64,000 nt of DNA from an uncultured Planctomycetales bacterium (lineage in GTDB: Bacteria; Omnitrophota; Gorgyraeia; Zapsychrales; Zapsychraceae), in the NCBI GenBank assembly GCA_964535935.1, contig CAZHWM010000012.1, forward strand, positions 65,232 through 129,231. Reading direction: 5' to 3'. Both the position numbers and the translations under genes were made by a program. Numbering within the stretch: position 1 is the stretch's first letter; each line of letters starts with the position of its first letter. This document shows, one piece after another, positions 58,683 to 64,000 of this stretch. The notes under the pieces are model-generated. The model was not told where the DNA came from. It worked only from the letters and a program-made list of their open reading frames with translations, and did not search any database.

Positions 58683-59520
58683 TTTCCCCCTCTGTTTGTA
58701 AAATTAATTTTGGCCGTCCTGAAAGTGTAATCTTCTTTGTTATAGCATCATAGATAGCCTGCTCTGCAAACGTCTTATTCTCCTTCTCTATTATTTCAAC
58801 ATTACCACTGCATATCATTTTTTTTATAGACTTCATATCAGGGTCAAAAAACACTTCTATCTTATCAGCTTTTAACTGCTGTTGATCCTGTATTGCCACA
58901 ACATTATTATTAAAAACTGCCACTGCTTTTTTTTGATCTATTTCCAAAGGTCCATCACAAGTAATCGTTACAAACTTTTTTATTTTTTTATCGGGTGTAG
59001 TATTAACCTTTACCTTTACATCAGTCTTTATCTGTGCGGTTTTAAGCCCAGGTCTGGCTTCCATTCCTTTACCAACAACAGTCATTCGTTTGTCCCTAAG
59101 CACAACTTTATCATCTGTGGAGACCAAGTCATCATCTCTTTTCCAATCAATATGATCTGTTTTTAACTGCGTTCCGTCTTCCGTAGTAATCACAACATCA
59201 TCTTCAAGTCGCATGTTTCCACTACTTTGGTCAATAATACCCGTATCAGCTTTTACATTCATTTTATTCTCATTATAGGTATTAGCATCCACATTAGACA
59301 ATTTTACCTTAGTGCCTACAACATCGGCAGTATCACCTTTGACCTCCCATGATTTATTTCCATTATTATCATATCCATGAAGCTGAAATCCTTGGAATTT
59401 TTGATCCACATTTTCTTCTGCATAAAGATTATTTATCTTATTTAAATTTAATCCTGCCAACAATACTACAACATATAACAAAATTTTAATATATAATAAT
59501 ATTTTCATTTCATTTCTCAC
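58657..59520 (-). CDS. membrane-anchored OstA-family LPS transport protein; LptC-like N-terminal half and LptA-like C-terminal half
   Basis: The TM anchor is ILLYIKILLYVVVLLAGL. The LptC-like segment is WEVKGDTADV...NMRLEDDVVITTEDGTQLKTDHIDW. The LptA/OstA-like segment is AVFNNNVVAIQDQQQLKADKIEVFF...GNVEIIEKENKTFAEQAIYD...ITLSGRP. The gene lies between kdsC and lptB. Confidence 0.65.
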   Translation of the reverse strand: MRNEMKILLYIKILLYVVVLLAGLNLNKINNLYAEENVDQKFQGFQLHGYDNNGNKSWEVKGDTADVVGTKVKLSNVDANTYNENKMNVKADTGIIDQSSGNMRLEDDVVITTEDGTQLKTDHIDWKRDDDLVSTDDKVVLRDKRMTVVGKGMEARPGLKTAQIKTDVKVKVNTTPDKKIKKFVTITCDGPLEIDQKKAVAVFNNNVVAIQDQQQLKADKIEVFFDPDMKSIKKMICSGNVEIIEKENKTFAEQAIYDAITKKITLSGRPKLILQTEGENAITHIRN

Positions 59521-59563
59521 TCAATTGATTATAGAATGTTTATTATAACACATAATTGTCCTA

Positions 59564-60085
59564 TTAGAAGTTATTTAAGATTGACTCCCATTGCCCTTTA
59601 TTCTTAAGTATAAGTTCTACTGCTTCTCTTACCGCCCCCTCTCCTCCGCATCTAGTAGTAATATAATCAGCTGCCTGTTTTGCCTCAAATGAAGCATTTC
59701 TAGGTGCAATGGCAAGTCCTACTCGTTTAAATATACATATATCAGGAAGATCATCTCCTATAAAACATACTTCATAATCTTCCACTTGAAAAAATCTCGA
59801 CATATCCTCAAACGCCTCATCTTTAGGATAAGCGTTCTGATATACACGGTCTATTCTTAAATCTCTGGCACGTAAATCTATGGCAGCTGAGGACCTTGCA
59901 GAGATGATGGCTGTTTTTATACCTGCCTTTCTTAAAAGATGTATGCCCAGACCGTCACGAACATCAAAACTCTTTATCTCTCTGCCAGTATCATCTAGGA
60001 TAATTTTACCATTTGTAAGAACTCCATCTACATCAAGGCATACTACCTTAATTTTTTCTATTTTTTCTTTTAAATTAGTTTTCAT
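59564..60085 (-). CDS. kdsC: 3-deoxy-D-manno-octulosonate 8-phosphate phosphatase
   Basis: HAD motif I is VCLDVDGVLTNG. FDVRDGLGI and FIGDDLPD are also present. The length is 173 aa. Confidence 0.88.
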   Translation of the reverse strand: MKTNLKEKIEKIKVVCLDVDGVLTNGKIILDDTGREIKSFDVRDGLGIHLLRKAGIKTAIISARSSAAIDLRARDLRIDRVYQNAYPKDEAFEDMSRFFQVEDYEVCFIGDDLPDICIFKRVGLAIAPRNASFEAKQAADYITTRCGGEGAVREAVELILKNKGQWESILNNF

Positions 60086-60103
60086 TATAAAAATTTCCTA
60101 AAT

Positions 60104-61063
60104 TCAAACTAAACCAGCTTTTAAAATATCCTGGACATCTAATAATCCAACTAATTTATGTTTATTATCAATGACAGGCAATTCATCTATTTTTCTATCT
60201 TGTAATATTTTTAATGCATCTACTGCTAATCTATCCTTAGATATAGTTGCAGGATTTTTGGTCATTATATCTTTTACTTGTTTTGATAATATATCAGGGC
60301 TGGTTTCAAGATTACGCCTTAAATCTCCATCAGTAAAAATCCCTACAAATTTACCTTTTTTGTTAAGTATACAAGCAGATCCACACCTTGCTTTTGTAAT
60401 AGCCAATAACACATCTTTTATACAAGTATCCTCTTTAACCCGTGCAAACCTCCTACCTGTACGCATAAGATCTTCTACTTTTAGAAGAAGTTTCTTGCCA
60501 AGTGAACCCGCAGGATGAAAAAAGGCAAAATCTTCCTTTTTAAATCTTCTTCGAACAATAAGAGATGCGGCCAACGCATCTCCCATTGCTAATGTAGCAG
60601 TAGTAGATGCCATGGGAGCAAGTCCTAAAGGGCAACCTTCTTTTTCTACTGAAACATCCAGAACTATGTCACTATGTTTCGCCAATGCCGACTTAAGATT
60701 CCCTGTAACAGCAATGATTTTGGTCCTAATTCTTTTCACAAGAGGCAATATCTTTTTTATTTCCTCTGTTTCTCCACTATTAGAAATAATCAACAGAACA
60801 TCGTTTTTTGTAACCTGTCCTAGATCCCCATGAAGGGCCTCTGCACTATGCATCCACATACTAGGAGTTCCAGTAGAAGACAAAGTAGCAGCTATCTTTC
60901 TGCCTATAATACCTGTTTTGCCCATGCCTGTAACAATAACCCGACCTTTGCATTTAAGTATGGTATCCACTGCACTCTTAAAATTCTGATTTATTCTTGA
61001 AGTAAGGCGATTGATAGCCTCTGCTTCTATTTTGATTACCTCTTTTGCCTTATTTAGTGACAT
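60104..61063 (-). CDS. kdsD: arabinose-5-phosphate isomerase (SIS + tandem CBS)
   Basis: GRVIVTGMGKTGIIGRKIAATLSSTG and ISNSGETEE form the SIS domain. The C-terminal CBS pair includes IMTKNPATI and LPVID. Confidence 0.9.
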   Translation of the reverse strand: MSLNKAKEVIKIEAEAINRLTSRINQNFKSAVDTILKCKGRVIVTGMGKTGIIGRKIAATLSSTGTPSMWMHSAEALHGDLGQVTKNDVLLIISNSGETEEIKKILPLVKRIRTKIIAVTGNLKSALAKHSDIVLDVSVEKEGCPLGLAPMASTTATLAMGDALAASLIVRRRFKKEDFAFFHPAGSLGKKLLLKVEDLMRTGRRFARVKEDTCIKDVLLAITKARCGSACILNKKGKFVGIFTDGDLRRNLETSPDILSKQVKDIMTKNPATISKDRLAVDALKILQDRKIDELPVIDNKHKLVGLLDVQDILKAGLV

Positions 61064-61122
61064 ACGTATTTTGTTCCTAAAATTTTTATAATGATAACAC
61101 GTGATAAAATTAGATTATAAAA

Positions 61123-61959
61123 TCAAGATAGTGATTTTATAATTCTATCTATTTCTTTAAGGCAGAGCAGTAATTTTTCTAATTTGTTCAATTTTAACAT
61201 ATTGGCTCCATCGGATAAGGCCTCCTCAGGATTAGGATGAACCTCCATAAATATACCAGCACACCCTGCTGCTACTGCACATCTTGATAATAATGGGACA
61301 AATTCACTTTTGCCTCCTGTTGCAGTCCCAAGTCCACCCGGTTGTTGCACACTATGTGTTGAATCAAAAATAACAGGATACCCTATATTTGACATTATTG
61401 CTAGAGAACGGAAATCATTTATAAGATAATGATATCCAAAACTCGTGCCTCGTTCTGTAAGAAGTATTTTTTTATTTCCCGTAGCCTCTATCTTTTTTAC
61501 TGCCTGCTCCATATCCTCAGGTGCTAAAAATTGACCTTTTTTTATATTAACAACCTTCATTGTTCTCCCTGCGGCAATAAGTAGATCTGTTTGCCGACAC
61601 AAAAAAGCAGGGATTTGTATAATATCCAAGACCTCTGCAGCTTCTACAGCTTCATCAGGGGTATGGACATCGCTTAATATAGGAATATTTAGTTCCTTTT
61701 TTATTTTACTTAATATCTTTAATCCTTTTTTTATACCCGGACCACGAAAAGATTTTATTGAAGTCCTGTTGGCCTTATCATAACTTGCCTTGAATATAAA
61801 AGGAATATTAAGCTTTTGCGTAATCTTTTGAATATTAATTGCTATATTGAAAGTTAATTTTTCTTCTTCTATAACACATGGTCCTGCAATTAAAATAAAA
61901 TTATTTTTATTGCCTATATGTATATCGCCTATTTTTATTATTTTGATCCGTCTCTTCAT
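61123..61959 (-). CDS. kdsA: 3-deoxy-8-phosphooctulonate synthase
   Basis: LIAGPCVIE, FKASYDKANRTS, QIPAFLCRQTDLL, NIKKGQF and FDSTHSVQ are present. Confidence 0.95.
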   Translation of the reverse strand: MKRRIKIIKIGDIHIGNKNNFILIAGPCVIEEEKLTFNIAINIQKITQKLNIPFIFKASYDKANRTSIKSFRGPGIKKGLKILSKIKKELNIPILSDVHTPDEAVEAAEVLDIIQIPAFLCRQTDLLIAAGRTMKVVNIKKGQFLAPEDMEQAVKKIEATGNKKILLTERGTSFGYHYLINDFRSLAIMSNIGYPVIFDSTHSVQQPGGLGTATGGKSEFVPLLSRCAVAAGCAGIFMEVHPNPEEALSDGANMLKLNKLEKLLLCLKEIDRIIKSLS

Positions 61960-62681
61960 TTATTATTCAAAAATTTCTCTACCTTAATAATATCTTCAGG
62001 AACATCAACCCCTATGGTATCTATTTCCGTTATTACTGTTTTTATTTTATATCCTGCCTCAAGCACCCTTAGTTGTTCCAATCTCTCCGAGGCTTCAAGT
62101 CTTGATGATGGTAGCTGATTAAATTTTTTCAAAAAATCTTTTCTGTAGGCATATATACCCAGGTGTTTAAAATAGTCTATATTACTGCATGTCCTATTAT
62201 ATGGAATAATAGTCCTAGAGAAATACATAGCATTGCCATATCTATCAACGACTACTTTAACGACGTTAACATCCTGTAATTGCTCCTGAGATTCTATTTT
62301 TTTTATTGAAGTAGCCATAACAGCTGTACTATTTTTGATAAGGACAGATATTAAATTATCAATTATAGAATGATGTATTAACGGTTCATCTGCCTGTATA
62401 TTGACAATAATATCTGCATCAACATTAGCTGCTGCTTCGATGATTCTATCTGTCCCTGATGCATGTTTTTTCGAAGTCAATACAGCATTAGCCCCAAACC
62501 CCTTAGCTGCCTCTATAATCCTTTCATCATCACATGCAATAATAAGTTCATTTAGCAAGCTACTTTTCCCAGCATTTTCCCATACATGCTGGATCATTGG
62601 CCTATCTGCTATCTTAGCTAAAACTTTCCCTTTAAATCTACTCGCCTCCCAACGGGCTGGAATAATACCTACTGTTCTCAT
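61956..62681 (-). CDS. kdsB: 3-deoxy-manno-octulosonate cytidylyltransferase
   Basis: GIIPARWEASRFKGK, SGTDRI, VNIQADEPL and LEQLRVLEAG are present. An ATGA overlaps the kdsA start. Confidence 0.93.
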   Translation of the reverse strand: MRTVGIIPARWEASRFKGKVLAKIADRPMIQHVWENAGKSSLLNELIIACDDERIIEAAKGFGANAVLTSKKHASGTDRIIEAAANVDADIIVNIQADEPLIHHSIIDNLISVLIKNSTAVMATSIKKIESQEQLQDVNVVKVVVDRYGNAMYFSRTIIPYNRTCSNIDYFKHLGIYAYRKDFLKKFNQLPSSRLEASERLEQLRVLEAGYKIKTVITEIDTIGVDVPEDIIKVEKFLNNK

Positions 62682-62753
62682 ATGTGATTATATGATAAAA
62701 ATAATAGTTCAAATTATTACTAATATATGTAAATTAAAATTTAAGATGAGAAA

Positions 62754-63782
62754 TCACATCTCTTTTATTGCTCTAAGAAGTTCATTTTTCCCTATTGCCA
62801 CTGCCCCTATCTTTCCTACAACAATCCCTGCAGCAAGATTAGCAAGTCGTGCAGCATCCTTTTTATCTGCCCCAGTTGTAAGAGCCAGAGTAAAGACAGC
62901 AATCACTGTATCACCTGCACCACTTACATCATAGACTTCTCTGGCTTGAGTTTTTATAGAAAAGGGTTTTCTCCCTTTTTCAAACAACCTCATTCCGTCT
63001 TCACCTAAAGTGACAAGTAGTGCATCTGGCTCTAAAAGTCGTAAAATTTGTTTTGCTGCTATATCTATATCCTCTGTTGTTTTAAGTTTATTTGGCTTTA
63101 TATTAAGAATTTCTGTTCCATCACTCTGAAAGTTTAAATCTGTTACTGCATTTTCCAATTCTTTTTTATTAGGAGTTATTGCAGTTACATTTTTATAATA
63201 ATTAAAGTGTTCTATTTTAGGGTCAACAGTTATAATCTTCCCTTTTTGAATTGCTAGGGAACATATAAAAGATACAAGATTAGAGGTTATCATGCCTTTA
63301 CCATAATCAGATATAATAATAGCATCGACAGAATCTATCTTCTTTTGTATAAAATTAATAATTTTATCATTTATTTTAGGATCAGCACATGCCCTGCAAT
63401 CCTCTCTATCAACTCGTACAACCTGCTGATGTTGTGCGATAATTCTTGTCTTGGTTACTGTGGGTATATTTTTATCAACAAAAACACCAGTTGTCTCAAT
63501 ACCCTTTTCTTTTAAATCTTGTATCAGTGTTCTTCCATCAGTGTCAGCACCTATCCTTCCTACTTGAATTACCTTACTATCCAGGCTACTTAAATTATGT
63601 GCGACATTAGCTGCTCCTCCTATAGTATGAAAACAACGTTCTTCAACTACTACCGGGACAGGGGCCTCTGGAGATATACGTGAGACGCTTCCTTGAATAT
63701 ATCGGTCTAAGATGATATCTCCGATTACTAATATTCTTTTTCTTTTAAATTTTGAAATAACTGAAGAAAAATAATGCATCAT
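62754..63782 (-). CDS. hldA: D-glycero-beta-D-manno-heptose-7-phosphate kinase (RfaE/HldE domain I only)
   Basis: The ribokinase/PfkB fold has ILVIGDIILDRY, GGAANVAHNL and DVSGAGDTVIAVF. At 342 aa there is no fused adenylyltransferase domain. Confidence 0.85.
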   Translation of the reverse strand: MMHYFSSVISKFKRKRILVIGDIILDRYIQGSVSRISPEAPVPVVVEERCFHTIGGAANVAHNLSSLDSKVIQVGRIGADTDGRTLIQDLKEKGIETTGVFVDKNIPTVTKTRIIAQHQQVVRVDREDCRACADPKINDKIINFIQKKIDSVDAIIISDYGKGMITSNLVSFICSLAIQKGKIITVDPKIEHFNYYKNVTAITPNKKELENAVTDLNFQSDGTEILNIKPNKLKTTEDIDIAAKQILRLLEPDALLVTLGEDGMRLFEKGRKPFSIKTQAREVYDVSGAGDTVIAVFTLALTTGADKKDAARLANLAAGIVVGKIGAVAIGKNELLRAIKEM

Positions 63783-63855
63783 TATAAAATTATATTAATA
63801 TTAAACAAGTAAGGTTAGCCATATTTCGGATATTATATTAAAATAAGAAATAATA

Positions 63856-64000
63856 TTAACATACTTTGAATACCGAGTCAACTGCTTCCAAAACATCATC
63901 AGGGGATATATTATAAAGATATTTTTTGCTAATTAGGCCACTTTTTTTGAAAGATAAGCTGTTGTCAGGTTTGACACTTACAAAAGTAGAATTAGGCCCT
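63856..64000 (-). CDS. 3' end of an unidentified CDS that continues beyond the window
   Basis: The minus frame is open from the window edge to the TAA at 63856-63858: ...GPNSTFVSVKPDNSLSFKKSGLISKKYLYNISPDDVLEAVDSVFKVC*. It is too short to assign. Confidence 0.3.
   Translation of the reverse strand, partial: GPNSTFVSVKPDNSLSFKKSGLISKKYLYNISPDDVLEAVDSVFKVC

Noticed and set aside
62401-62934. 177-aa plus-strand ORF spanning the kdsB/hldA junction. Similar antisense ORFs occur at 44782..45255, 19882..20331, 38823..39269, 40540..40965, 39679..40032 and 2736..3221.
   Set aside because: All are nested antisense within strongly supported genes and have low-complexity translations with no motifs. 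I treat them as spurious.

Overview
AT-rich bacterial chromosomal segment. My spot counts of single 60-nt lines give about 35-42% GC in core genes and about 17-30% in a glycan-gene island. The organism is diderm, because Kdo, heptose and Lpt genes are present. Four plus-strand genes (3' end of a sigma54 activator, a GAF sensor-like protein, a DUF134 regulator, a trehalose-phosphatase-like HAD hydrolase) converge on a minus-strand tRNA-Ser(GGA) at 3.5 kb. From there to the window end, all 56 complete CDS plus one partial CDS lie on the minus strand with short spacers. In order of increasing coordinate they are: U32 peptidase, metY, a polysaccharide/LPS-core cluster with rfbA/rfbB, mfd, secDF-yajC, rpsP, trpE fused onto a hisDBHAFI operon, alaS-recX-recA, queA, spoIID, ruvB, scpA, trpS, infB-nusA-rimP, proS, an orphan cpaF, rseP-dxr-cdsA-uppS, an OmpA-like lipoprotein, purA, serA plus an aminotransferase, clpP-tig, and lptB-lptC/A-kdsC-kdsD-kdsA-kdsB-hldE(kinase). 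I saw no rRNA, CRISPR array, transposase, integrase or phage genes, and I could not demonstrate a self-contained new defence, secretion or mobile system. The unusual content is architectural. (1) A single ORF in the lptC+lptA slot looks like an LptC-LptA fusion. (2) Several housekeeping proteins are domain-trimmed: Mfd of about 635 aa, a trigger factor without its PPIase domain, and a ProRS whose INS editing domain is replaced by a Cys4 knuckle. (3) A rhamnose pathway lacks rmlC and instead has a plant/giant-virus-type NRS/ER-like enzyme, next to a eukaryotic-type UDP-galactopyranose-mutase-like flavoprotein in a low-GC island. (4) A Tad/CpaF ATPase sits alone inside a conserved housekeeping gene string. 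(5) A small sigma54-EBP/GAF/DUF134 regulatory module carries a 42-bp palindrome. All homology calls come from reading motifs in the supplied translations. No database search or computation was possible, and several ORF-track starts are TTG-extended and uncertain.
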